Shown piece by piece: positions 1 through 9,173 of a stretch of DNA of 64,000 bases. A program made the translations under genes and the position numbers. The notes beneath the pieces were generated by a model, which saw only the letters and a list, made by a program, of their open reading frames with translations, was not told the DNA's origin and did not search any database. How positions within the stretch are numbered: the stretch's first letter is position 1; each line of letters opens with the position of its first letter. The DNA is taken from contig CAWDRG010000005.1 of NCBI GenBank assembly GCA_963804645.1, positions 256,001-320,000 on the forward strand. The letters are read 5' to 3'. This DNA is from an uncultured Bacillota bacterium (GTDB lineage: Bacteria; Sysuimicrobiota; Sysuimicrobiia; Sysuimicrobiales; Segetimicrobiaceae).

Positions 1-593
1 AGCACGGCCAGCGCGGGCGTCGCCAGGGGAAGGATGATGCGGGCAAAGATCCGCCACTCCCCCGCCCCGTCGATGCGGGCCGCCTCGATCAATTCGTCCG
101 GGATCGTGACCATGTACTGGCGCAGCAGAAACACGCCGGTCGGCGTCGCCGACGGAGGGATGATGATCCCCCACAGCGTGTTCACGAGGCCGAGCTTCGC
201 GAGCGTCAGGTACACGGGGACCATGATGGCCTGCAGCGGAATCATCAGCGTCCCCAGCATGATGAGAAAGATGAGGTCCCGCCCGCGGAACGAGTATTTG
301 CTCAGCGCGAACGCCGCCATGGAGTTAATGGCGAGCGTCAGCACCGTGGCCGCCACCGTCACCGTCAGGCTGTTGATGAGATCGCGCACGAACGGGAAGC
401 TGTGGATGGCGTTGGTGTAGTTCGAGATCATCCACTGGCTCGGCCAGAGGGGCGGCGGAATCTTATAGATCTCTTGGAGCGATTTGAAGGACGAGCTGAC
501 CACCCAGAGCACCGGGAGGAACATGATGACGACCCCGGCCACCAGCGCCAGGTAGGTCAGGCTCATGGCGAACAGCGACGGTCGGCTTCTCAT
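1..593 (-). CDS. Carbohydrate ABC transporter permease (MalG/UgpE-like), 3' end runs off the window
   Basis: Manual minus-strand translation MRSRPSLFAMSLTYLALVAGVVIMFLPVLWVVSSSFK...TIPDELIEAARIDGAG (EAA motif); GGGAGG upstream of the ATG. Confidence 0.9.
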   Translation of the reverse strand, partial: MRSRPSLFAMSLTYLALVAGVVIMFLPVLWVVSSSFKSLQEIYKIPPPLWPSQWMISNYTNAIHSFPFVRDLINSLTVTVAATVLTLAINSMAAFALSKYSFRGRDLIFLIMLGTLMIPLQAIMVPVYLTLAKLGLVNTLWGIIIPPSATPTGVFLLRQYMVTIPDELIEAARIDGAGEWRIFARIILPLATPALAV

Positions 594-642
594 CGCGCGC
601 CTCCCGCCGGCCCGCGGGGGGCCGGGTCGCGGTGTCCCCGCA

Positions 643-1572
643 TCAGATCGCCTCGCCCAGGCGCCCCATGAGGTACTGGAGGCCCGTTAGGATGCCGAGC
701 ACGATCACGAGGAGGAGCGATGCCGCCGCTGCGAGGCCGAACTCGGTCTGCTGAAACGCCGCGCGATAGATGTACTGCACGATCATGAGGGTCGAGAACC
801 CCGGCCCGCCCCCCGTCAGCACATAGATGTACTCAAAGGCCTGGAACGCGCGGATCGTCCCGAGAATGAACACGACCACCAGCGACGGCGTCAAGAGCGG
901 CAGCGTCACAAACAGGAGGGTGTTCCAGCGGCTCGCGCCGTCGACCTCGGCGGCCTCGTACAGCGCGGGCTGGATGGCCTGCAGTCCCGCGAGCAGGATC
1001 AGGGCGAAGAACCCCACAGTCGCCCACACGTTGCTGATGATCACCCAGTCCATGGCGTACCCGGGCCGCAGCAGCCACGGCTGAATGGGCAGGCCGATCA
1101 TCCGTAGGAACGCGTTCAACAGACCGTACTGGGTGTTCAGCACCCAGCGCCAGATCTCCGCGACGATGACGGGCGAGAGCAGAAACGGGTAGAAGAAAAT
1201 GCCGCGGAAGAACCCCCGGGCGCGGATGGGGCCGTTCAGCAGCAGCGCGATCGCCAGCGCAAAGAACATGGTGAACACCATGTCTCCCACGACGAACACG
1301 GCCGTATTCCGGGACGCGCTCCAGAAGACGTCGTCGCGACCCATCTCGGCGAAGTTGCCGAGACCGACCCACACGGGCGGCGTCGCGAGCGTGACGCGAA
1401 ACAGGCTCAGATAAAAATTGTAGAGTGCGGGGATAATGATGAATACGCCGAACACGAGGACGTTCGGCCCGAGGAACAGCAGCGGCGCGTACCACGGCCA
1501 CGCGTGCCTGCGGCCAGCGGCGGGACGGGCCCGAGGATCCGGACCCGTTCCGCGCGCTGCCTGTACGGCCAC
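643..1572 (-). CDS. Carbohydrate ABC transporter permease (MalF/UgpA-like)
   Basis: Multiple TM segments; EAA motif LYEAAEVDGAS; LTGGGPG motif. Confidence 0.92.
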   Translation of the reverse strand: MAVQAARGTGPDPRARPAAGRRHAWPWYAPLLFLGPNVLVFGVFIIIPALYNFYLSLFRVTLATPPVWVGLGNFAEMGRDDVFWSASRNTAVFVVGDMVFTMFFALAIALLLNGPIRARGFFRGIFFYPFLLSPVIVAEIWRWVLNTQYGLLNAFLRMIGLPIQPWLLRPGYAMDWVIISNVWATVGFFALILLAGLQAIQPALYEAAEVDGASRWNTLLFVTLPLLTPSLVVVFILGTIRAFQAFEYIYVLTGGGPGFSTLMIVQYIYRAAFQQTEFGLAAAASLLLVIVLGILTGLQYLMGRLGEAI

Positions 1573-1583
1573 GCCCGCGCTCC

Positions 1584-2840
1584 TTATTTGATCAGGTCTT
1601 GAGCTTTGGCCTGGGCCGCGTCCAGCGCCTGCTGGACCGTGAGCTGGCCGATGATCGCCTGCGTCACCCGGTCGCGCACCTCGTCGGCGACCTGCTGGAA
1701 ATGCCGGTTGTAGTTGTCGGTGTACGCCGACTTGGGCATCATGGCGATGCCCTTGATGAACGTGTTCATGTCATCGTTGCCGGCCGCGTACTTCACGCCG
1801 CTCTGCAGCAGATCCAAGCGGGTCGGCAGCAGATAGGCCTCTTGATCGTAGGCTTCCATCGAGGCCTTGCTCCCCAGGTACTCCATGAACCGGGCGAGCT
1901 TGGCGGGCGCCTTGCTGCTCTTGAACGCGACCAGGAAGTTCCCGCCGGGCATCCCGCCGCACTGGACCTGGCACGCGTTGAGCACGACCTGCCAGTCAAA
2001 CTTGCTGCCGATCGTGTCCTGGAAGAACGACATCTGCCAGTTGCCCGAGATATAGAACACGAGCTGCTGATTCACGAACAGCTGCCGCGCATCGGCGTAC
2101 CCGGACCCCCCGCCCGCCCAGACTTCGAGCGGCATGGCCCCGTTCTTGTTCACATCGACGAAAAAGTTGACCGCCTGCAGGTTCGCCGGACTGGTGATCC
2201 GCACGCCCTTGCCGTCGGGCGTAAAGTAGCCGCCGCCGTAGGATTGGATGAACCCGTCGAGCCGGTGTCCGCTCCGATCCAGCGCCGCCGCGTACGGCAC
2301 GCCGGCGGCCTTCGCGACTTTGGTCGCGAGGTCCATCCAGGTCGCCCACGAGACCTTGTCGCCCTTCGGGAGGGCCAGTCCGGCCTTCTTGACGAGCGTC
2401 AGGTTGATGAACGGACCGTTCATCGTGAGGTCGTGGGGGAATCCGAACACCGCCCCGCTCGGCAGCGTCGTCAGCGACATCGCCCCCGGGAGGAACTGCT
2501 TGGCAAACGACTTATCCTGGAAGTAGGGCCTGAGGTCCAGGGCATAGTTGTCGTACAGGTACGGCGCGGTGACCCGCGCGAGGTCGGGCGCCTGCCCGGC
2601 CGACGCCTGCGTGGTCAACAGGGTGTCCAGGTTCGCGAACGGGACCACCGACAACTCGACCTTGGTATCGGGATTCTGAGAGTTGTAGACGCTCACGAGC
2701 GCCTGGATGGCCGGCAGGTCCGAGCCGTTGGTGTACCAGACGAAGCGCAGGGTATCCACCGTCGGGGCGGCGGTGCCCATTCCAATCGATGCCGCCACGA
2801 GGCTGACGATGGCAAGGCCGACCAGAAGCAGCCGTCTCAT
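1584..2840 (-). CDS. Sugar ABC transporter substrate-binding protein (family 1)
   Basis: N-terminal signal peptide; GQAPDL motif; directly upstream of two permeases. Confidence 0.9.
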   Translation of the reverse strand: MRRLLLVGLAIVSLVAASIGMGTAAPTVDTLRFVWYTNGSDLPAIQALVSVYNSQNPDTKVELSVVPFANLDTLLTTQASAGQAPDLARVTAPYLYDNYALDLRPYFQDKSFAKQFLPGAMSLTTLPSGAVFGFPHDLTMNGPFINLTLVKKAGLALPKGDKVSWATWMDLATKVAKAAGVPYAAALDRSGHRLDGFIQSYGGGYFTPDGKGVRITSPANLQAVNFFVDVNKNGAMPLEVWAGGGSGYADARQLFVNQQLVFYISGNWQMSFFQDTIGSKFDWQVVLNACQVQCGGMPGGNFLVAFKSSKAPAKLARFMEYLGSKASMEAYDQEAYLLPTRLDLLQSGVKYAAGNDDMNTFIKGIAMMPKSAYTDNYNRHFQQVADEVRDRVTQAIIGQLTVQQALDAAQAKAQDLIK

Positions 2841-2864
2841 AGTTCCCCTCCCTTATTTCGCGAC

Positions 2865-5180
2865 TCACCGCTGAATCGCCGCGGTCACGTATCGCGATCC
2901 GTCCGGCTGGATCCCGGCATCCGCGACCGCAAGCGCGCCCTCAACCTCCACGCTCCTCCCTTCGCCGGCAGGCAACCTAAATGTGATCTCTCGATACGGT
3001 AGTGCGTATCCGTCGTGACGTATGGTCAGGCCGAGGCGGATGCTCGCCTGCTCACACGCGATGCGGAAACAGAGCTCGCTGTACCCGCCTCGAGTGTACT
3101 CCATCGAGGTTCCATCGTCCTCGTAAACGACGGCCTCCGCGGTCCCGCGGCCGCGGTGGGGGAACACCCGCACCTCCCGGCGCTCCGGCCGCCCGTCGGT
3201 CGCGGCCGCGGCGGGATCACCGAGCGGGACCAGACTGCCGGCCAGCGCCAGCACCGTAGGATGCTCCAGCGGCAGGGCCACGTCCTGGTCGCCCGGAGCG
3301 TAATACCGGGTTTGATCGAACGAGTACCAGCCCTCGGTGCCCGGCAGGTAGACCCGAGCCCCCCGCACGCCGGGCTCGAACACGCCGGGGACCAGCAGCG
3401 ACGGCCCGAGCATGAACACGGCGGATTCCTCGAGGCAGCGGGGATCGTCCGGAAAGGCGTAGGCGAGCGGCCGGTGAATCGGCGCGCCCGTCCGGCTGTG
3501 TTCGACAAACAGGCTGTACAGATACGGCAGCAGCCGGTAGCGCAGCCGGATCGCCTCCCGCACGAACGGAAACACCTCCGGGTACATCCACGGCTCCGTC
3601 GGCGGGGTCTTCCAGGAATTCATGTAGAAGCGCGGGTGGAAGATCAGCTGCTGGATCCATCGGACGAAGAGTTCGGGCGTGGGCGCGTCCCCAAAGAAAC
3701 CTCCGGCGTCGTGCGTGGTCGCCGCGAACCCCGAGAGCGCCAGCCCGAGGCCCATCGGGAGGTTGTAGCGCACCGTGCGCCAGGACGTGCTGTTGTCCCC
3801 GGACCAGGTCTGCGCGTACCGCTGCGTGCCGATCGACGCCGAGCGGGTAATAAGGAACGGCCGCGCCTCGGGAGCCCACTCCCGAAGGGCCTCGTACGAG
3901 GCCTGCGCCATGAGCCGCATCTGGACCGCGGCGTGCGCCGGGGCCCCATCCGCCGTGAACGCGTCCCCGACCGCGTACTCGTTGTTGTCGTTCCAGACGC
4001 CCTCGATGCCGTGGGCCAGAAGCTGCGACGTCACCCCGGCCTTCCACCAGGCGCGGACCGCGGGCTGCGTGAAATCCGGCCAGGAGGCGTCTCCGTCCCA
4101 AAAGCCCTCGCGCACGGAGTCTCCGGCGGCGTTGCGCACGAACCCCCCCTGCTCGGCCAGCCGCGCGTAGTCGGGGTGATCGGTCAGCAGCGCCGGCTTG
4201 ATATTCGCGACGACGTGGAGCCGACGCCCCGTGAGCGCCGCGACAAAGCGTCCCGGATCCGGGATGCGGTCGCGATTCCAGTGGAACACGTAGCGCTTGC
4301 CGTCCCGGAGCGTATAGCCGGATCCCAGCTGAATGCCGTCGCAGGGGAGGTCTTCGGCCCGGCAGCGGTCGGCGAAGCGCACGAGGGCCGCCTCCGGATC
4401 GGCGTCGTCGGCGTATGCCATCCCGGAGTGCAGGTAGCCCAGGCTCCACCGCGGCGGCAGCCCGGGCCGTCCGATCAGGTCGGTGATGCGTCCCACCAGT
4501 GCGGGCAGCGTCTCGGCGCCGATCAGGTAGTACTCCAGACCGCCGGCCTGCATCTCCGCGTACCGAAACGGGCCGTAGTAATGGTGAATCTCCGCACCAA
4601 AGTCCACCACCATCCGACACGGGACGTCGTACAGGATCGCGAAATACGAGCCGTGCGGCGTCCGCGTCAGGTACAGCGGCCAGTGTTTGTACAGCGGATC
4701 CGACCATTCGGCGTTATAGCCGCACGCGTCCGTGGGCTCCAGCCGGTATCGCCGGTGGTGATGGTTGAGGTCGCCGCTCACTTCGCCCAGGCCGAAGTAC
4801 ACATCCTGGAGCGCCCTGGTCATCGTGTGGCGGATCCATCCGTCCCGGCGGGTGTACGCGAGATAGGGATGGTCGGAAGTCAGGGGCCGCCCGCGGCTGC
4901 TCCAGCGCAGCCAGAACGGCGCGAGGGACACGTCGAGCGCCAGCACGCCCCACGCGAGCCGGACCGTCGCGGCGTCGGTCCGCACCTCGGCGAGGAGCGG
5001 CGGGTCCGTCACCGCCACGGCGCGCTCCCATTCCTCGTGCGGCGTCGTCGTGACACGAACCCTGACGGTATCGCGGGCGATGCCGGTCACGCGGCACGAT
5101 GCCGACGCCGGCCCCGCAAACACGTACGTGGGTCCATCCAGCGCGGTGGCGGAGACCTCGGGAAGCACGCGGTCAGTCAT
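2865..5180 (-). CDS. Glycoside hydrolase family 31 (alpha-glucosidase/xylosidase-like)
   Basis: GH31 motifs GVWNDNNE (nucleophile), TWSGDN (acid/base), LRYRLLPYLY; start placed at MTDRVLP rather than the ORF-track start 5687. Confidence 0.9.
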   Translation of the reverse strand: MTDRVLPEVSATALDGPTYVFAGPASASCRVTGIARDTVRVRVTTTPHEEWERAVAVTDPPLLAEVRTDAATVRLAWGVLALDVSLAPFWLRWSSRGRPLTSDHPYLAYTRRDGWIRHTMTRALQDVYFGLGEVSGDLNHHHRRYRLEPTDACGYNAEWSDPLYKHWPLYLTRTPHGSYFAILYDVPCRMVVDFGAEIHHYYGPFRYAEMQAGGLEYYLIGAETLPALVGRITDLIGRPGLPPRWSLGYLHSGMAYADDADPEAALVRFADRCRAEDLPCDGIQLGSGYTLRDGKRYVFHWNRDRIPDPGRFVAALTGRRLHVVANIKPALLTDHPDYARLAEQGGFVRNAAGDSVREGFWDGDASWPDFTQPAVRAWWKAGVTSQLLAHGIEGVWNDNNEYAVGDAFTADGAPAHAAVQMRLMAQASYEALREWAPEARPFLITRSASIGTQRYAQTWSGDNSTSWRTVRYNLPMGLGLALSGFAATTHDAGGFFGDAPTPELFVRWIQQLIFHPRFYMNSWKTPPTEPWMYPEVFPFVREAIRLRYRLLPYLYSLFVEHSRTGAPIHRPLAYAFPDDPRCLEESAVFMLGPSLLVPGVFEPGVRGARVYLPGTEGWYSFDQTRYYAPGDQDVALPLEHPTVLALAGSLVPLGDPAAAATDGRPERREVRVFPHRGRGTAEAVVYEDDGTSMEYTRGGYSELCFRIACEQASIRLGLTIRHDGYALPYREITFRLPAGEGRSVEVEGALAVADAGIQPDGSRYVTAAIQR

Positions 5181-5451
5181 CGCAGCGGCATGAACACAAC
5201 GTCTCCAGTCTGACGCCCGGAGCGCGCTCCCACCGCGCACCCGGCCGCGCTCCAGGAGAGGCACAAGCACTCGCCGTGAACCTTCCGTCCTACGTTTCTG
5301 AACTCCTCTCATCGTGCCGTGCGCCCGGTGCCCCAGGCCGCGGCGCAGCGCTGAGGAACGCGCGGACGCGTCCGCACGGCGTCTGGAGGAAACCGCCGTG
5401 GAACTCTCCAAGTACCCGACACGCCTGTCCGTCGACGAACGGGAGGAGATC

Positions 5452-6060
5452 ATGATGCGGAGAGCGCTGATTGCCGGTGCCCTGGCGGCGACGCTGTGTG
5501 CGGCCACGGCCGCGGGCGCCCAGGACACCCGCAAGATCGTGGCCGTCGTGGATTTCCAGGACGACGTGCACGGATGGACGAACACGAGCCAGGTCGTGAC
5601 CGATCGGCTGATCTCAGAGCTCAGGAACGACGCCGCGGTGCAGGTCTTAGCGCGCGGGCAGGTGGAAACCGCGCTGCAGAGCGCCAACGTGGGGACGCAG
5701 GGAGTGCTTGACGCGGGGGCCGCCCAGAAGATTGGACAATCGCTGGGGGCCGCCTACGTGGTGATGGGAGAGATCGACCAGTTCAACTGGGAGTACCACA
5801 GCGCGACCGTCCTCGTAGCGACGATCGTCCAGCAATCGGCCACTGTGGACCTCAAAGGCAAAGTGCTGGACGTGACGGGTGGACAGGTGATCGGGCAGCC
5901 CCAGGGCAAGGGGCAGATCACACAGACCGGCGGATCCACCTGGGTCGGGCCGTGGTGGTCCGACGTGTCGGTGGACAACTTCGACAACGAGCTGATCGGC
6001 AAGGCCACCAAGCAGTCGGTCGAACAGTTCGCGAAACAGGCGGTCCCGATGCTGAAATAG
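5452..6060 (+). CDS. Secreted CsgG/HfaB-like protein
   Basis: GGGAGGAG RBS; signal peptide ending AGA-Q; VAVVDF...AQKIGQSLGAAYVVMGEI pattern typical of CsgG/TolB-N-like folds. Confidence 0.7.
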   Translation: MMRRALIAGALAATLCAATAAGAQDTRKIVAVVDFQDDVHGWTNTSQVVTDRLISELRNDAAVQVLARGQVETALQSANVGTQGVLDAGAAQKIGQSLGAAYVVMGEIDQFNWEYHSATVLVATIVQQSATVDLKGKVLDVTGGQVIGQPQGKGQITQTGGSTWVGPWWSDVSVDNFDNELIGKATKQSVEQFAKQAVPMLK

Positions 6061-6134
6061 GCCGCCGCGGCGGCCCACCACGGTGCTCCTGACACAACCG
6101 GACCGGGCCCGGGCCTCCGTCCCGGACGCACCCG

Positions 6135-6165
6135 GGGCACAGGGCCGGTGGAAGCCCCTGTGCCC
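6135..6165. terminator. Terminator-like hairpin downstream of molybdoenzyme copy 1
   Basis: GGGCACAGGG-N11-CCCTGTGCCC between convergent genes; identical copy at 17417-17447. Confidence 0.6.
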
Positions 6166-6194
6166 GCGGTCCCCTCGCCGTCCGTGCGCGCTCC

Positions 6195-8597
6195 CTACGC
6201 CCCGGCGGGCGGCGTGAACGTCGTCACCACCGGCGGCGTCCCCACGTACTTCTCCACCTGCACCAGCACCGAGTTCGTCGGGTTCCCGCCCGACAACTTC
6301 GAACTCGGCGTGTCCGTCGTCAGGTTGTTCACGTTCCCGTGCCGGTCCAGCGTCCCCACCGACCCCGGCGTCAGCGGATCCGACCACGCCCCCTCGTTCA
6401 GCACCATCACGCCCCGCCGCACCCGCGCCGTCACCAGCGCCCCCGCCAGCGTCTGCCCCCGCCCGTTGAACACCCGCACCACGTCGCCGTTCATGATCCC
6501 CCGCGCCGCCGCGTCCTGGGGGCTAATCCAGAGCGGTTCCCGCCCCGCCACCTCATACGCGTGCCGCAGCCCCGTCTGATCCAACTGCGAGTGCAGCCGG
6601 TTCTTCGGGTGCGACGATAGCAGGTGCAGCGGGTACTGCGCCGTCTCCGGACTCCCCAGCCATTCCGTCGGCGGCAGCCACGTCGCGTGCGGCGGCGTGT
6701 CGTCATAGTTGAACCCCGCGATCGTGCTCGAGTACAGCTCGATCTTCCCCGACGGCGTCCCGAGCGGGTTGTTCGCCGGGTCGGCGCGGAACTGCGCGTA
6801 CGCGACCACCTCGTTGGCGGCATCCGGGGTGGGGAACTCCAGGTACCCCTGCTTCCAGAACGTGTCGAAGTCCGGCATCGTCAGACCCCGCTCCTGAGCC
6901 TGCTGCACGGCCGCCCCGTAGAACTGCCGCAGCCACGCCATCTCGTCCTTGCCCTCCGTGTACTGCTGACCGAAGCCGAGACGGGACGCCAGCCCGGCGC
7001 AGATGTCGAAGTCGCTGCGCGATTCGAACAGCGGCGGCACCATCTGCTGCATCGCCATGATAAACCGGTCGGTGTTGAACAGGTCGTTGCGCTCCATCGT
7101 CGTCGTCGCCGGCAGCACGATGTCGGCATGCCGCGCGGTCGGCGTCCACGCGTAGTCGTGCACGATCGTGACCTCCGGCCGCTGCCACGCCACGAACGCC
7201 CGGTTCGTGAACTGCGCCTGATTCAAGTGGTTCGACCCCGCCAGGTACACCAGCTTGATGTCCGGATACGTCAGCTTCCGCCCGTCGTAGTCCACCGTCT
7301 TCCCCGGACTCTGGATCAGGTCGATCCACAGGTTGAGCGGCACGAAGTCCTTCACGGGATTGACGCCCGCGGACAGCCCCGGCACGCTCGGCGCGCTCCC
7401 GAACGGCACGCCCAGCGCACCCGGGAAGTCGCACTGCAGTCCGCCGCCCGGAAGGCCGATCTGGCCGAGCATCGATGACAGCGTAATGAGCATCCAGATC
7501 GGCTGCTCGCCGTGCGACGACCGCTGCAGCGAATATCCTCCGATCAGCATCGTCCGGGACTTGGCCATCCGGCGCGCAAGCGTGCGAATCGTCTCGGCCG
7601 GCACCTCCGTGATCGCGGCCGCCCACTCCGGCGACTTCGCCTGCCCGTCGCTCTTCCCGCTCAGGTAGTCCGCGAACTGCGCAAATCCCACCGTGTACTT
7701 GTCCAGAAACGCCTTGTCGTACAGGTTCTCCGTGTACAGCACGTGCGCAAGGCCCAGCATCAGCGCCGTGTCCGTGTTCGGCCGGATCACGATCCGCTCG
7801 GGCCGCAGGTACTGGTCCGTGTCCGATTCCACCGGGTTGACCGAGACCACCGGGATCTTCGCGTCCCGCAGCCGTGCGATCCACTCCATGTCGAAGTGTC
7901 CGGCGGAGCCTCCGGACCGCATCTCGGCGTTGCGCAGCGGGTCGTATCCCACCGTGACGATGAGCGTGGTGTTTTTCAGGATGACCGGCCAGACCGACTG
8001 CCGCGGCGCCGCATCGCCCAAGATGTGCGGCGTGATCACCGGCAGCACCGGTGCGCTGTACGAGTTGATCCGGAACACAAACCCGCCGTACATCGTCAAC
8101 ATCCGCTGCACGGCCCCGCCGCCGCTGTGAAAGTTGCCCGGGCTCTGCCAGCCCTGCGACGAATAAATCGACCGGTTGCCGTACTGGGTCTTCACGCGCT
8201 TCAGCTCGCCGGCGACGATGTCGAGCGCCTCGTCCCACGACACGCGCACGAACGGCTCGAGGCCCCGCTGCGTCGCGTCGCTCTGCGACCGGTTCTTGTA
8301 GAAGCCCTGACGGATCATCGGGTACTTCACGCGATCCGGGGCATACAGCAGATCCGGCATCGCCGTGACCATCGCGTTCGGGTAGCGATCCGTGGCGAAC
8401 GGCACCGTCTTCACGAGCCGGCCGCCCACGACCTGACCACTGTACGGGCCCCAATGGGCAACGCCCAGGCGCGTGCCGGGTGGAGCATCCGCGGCCGCCG
8501 CGCCGACGGGCAACGCCCCCATCAGCGGTGCCACCATGGTGCCTCCGACGAGCAGCCCGCTCTGACTCAGGAACGACCTTCTGGTAATTGGCTTCAT
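6195..8597 (-). CDS. Tat-exported molybdopterin oxidoreductase, DMSO reductase family (TorA/DorA/BisC type), copy 1
   Basis: TRRSFL Tat signal; RVKYPMIR, RVSWDEAL, HADIVLPATT, SHPKNRLHSQ motifs; no N-terminal Fe-S cysteines; GGGAGG RBS. Confidence 0.92.
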   Translation of the reverse strand: MKPITRRSFLSQSGLLVGGTMVAPLMGALPVGAAAADAPPGTRLGVAHWGPYSGQVVGGRLVKTVPFATDRYPNAMVTAMPDLLYAPDRVKYPMIRQGFYKNRSQSDATQRGLEPFVRVSWDEALDIVAGELKRVKTQYGNRSIYSSQGWQSPGNFHSGGGAVQRMLTMYGGFVFRINSYSAPVLPVITPHILGDAAPRQSVWPVILKNTTLIVTVGYDPLRNAEMRSGGSAGHFDMEWIARLRDAKIPVVSVNPVESDTDQYLRPERIVIRPNTDTALMLGLAHVLYTENLYDKAFLDKYTVGFAQFADYLSGKSDGQAKSPEWAAAITEVPAETIRTLARRMAKSRTMLIGGYSLQRSSHGEQPIWMLITLSSMLGQIGLPGGGLQCDFPGALGVPFGSAPSVPGLSAGVNPVKDFVPLNLWIDLIQSPGKTVDYDGRKLTYPDIKLVYLAGSNHLNQAQFTNRAFVAWQRPEVTIVHDYAWTPTARHADIVLPATTTMERNDLFNTDRFIMAMQQMVPPLFESRSDFDICAGLASRLGFGQQYTEGKDEMAWLRQFYGAAVQQAQERGLTMPDFDTFWKQGYLEFPTPDAANEVVAYAQFRADPANNPLGTPSGKIELYSSTIAGFNYDDTPPHATWLPPTEWLGSPETAQYPLHLLSSHPKNRLHSQLDQTGLRHAYEVAGREPLWISPQDAAARGIMNGDVVRVFNGRGQTLAGALVTARVRRGVMVLNEGAWSDPLTPGSVGTLDRHGNVNNLTTDTPSSKLSGGNPTNSVLVQVEKYVGTPPVVTTFTPPAGA

Positions 8598-8810
8598 CGC
8601 GACCTCCCCATCCGTGTTGGTTCGTAGACCGCGGGTCGCACGTGCACCCGGTCCACGACCCCCTACACCATACCGACTGCCCGGGCCGGCGTGCATCCGC
8701 TCTCAACCCGATTCCGCGTACGGCCGCGTGGGCGACGCGTCGGGCGCGGCACGACCGTGCGGGACGAAAATTACTGCCTCGGACGGATAGGCGCGCTGCG
8801 CAAACTCCGA

Positions 8811-8816
8811 TACAGT
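8811..8816 (+). promoter_or_regulatory. Putative -10 box (TACAGT) for the structured RNA, copy 1
   Basis: 6 nt upstream of the hairpin start; counterpart TACACT at the same spacing in copy 2. Confidence 0.5.
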
Positions 8817-8822
8817 GTGGGT

Positions 8823-9002
8823 GGAGCGCACACGGCGACGTGCCGGATCACATGCCGCGGTCGCGGGAGTTACGCATCGGCCACGTTCACTTCGGACCGG
8901 CGCCCGAGCGGGCTTGGGCACGATCCCGGAGAGCACCAGCCGACGGGAGACCCCGAGGACCACGCCTGAAGATGGCACAGGCCGTTCTAGTAGGTGCGCT
9001 CC
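8823..9002 (+). ncRNA. Putative ~180-nt structured non-coding RNA, copy 1 (family unresolved: 6S-like or IS110 non-coding-end-like)
   Basis: Closing stem GGAGCGCAC/GTGCGCTCC; nested pairings ACGGC/GCCGT, GTGCC/GGCAC, TCGGC/GCCGA, CTTCGG/CCGGAG; apical GCCCGAGC/GCTTGGGC; structure kept in copy 2. Confidence 0.65.
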
Positions 9003-9173
9003 TCGAATTTTTCCAACGCTCCGAACCTGACCATGCACTGTCACCGATGGACGTGCATGACCCGTCCGCGCCGTGGGCGAGGACTTTCCGGACCGGCGCA
9101 GAACTTCGCGACCGGGCGCCCCGCTGCGGGCGCACCGAGGGATGGAACCAGCGGAACTCGAGGAGGTTCAAGC

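Larger units (their letters stand above)
6135..9011. repeat. Direct repeat copy 1 (~2.9 kb: hairpin + molybdoenzyme + upstream region + structured RNA)
   Basis: Aligns by eye to 17417-20349; long identical stretches in the gene 3' half, patchy identity in the 5' and upstream parts. Confidence 0.92.

Noticed and set aside
2865..5687. N-terminal extension of the GH31 ORF to 5687
   Set aside because: It overlaps the opposite-strand CsgG-like gene and is low-complexity; start moved to 5180
8598..8810. Moco riboswitch upstream of the molybdoenzyme genes
   Set aside because: Conserved blocks exist between the two copies, but I could not match them to the Moco motif; the structured element has its candidate promoter on the opposite strand and points away from the gene
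8925..8975. Glycine riboswitch suggested by GGAGAG...GCCGA
   Set aside because: No CTCAGG partner motif, and the segment is part of a larger closed hairpin
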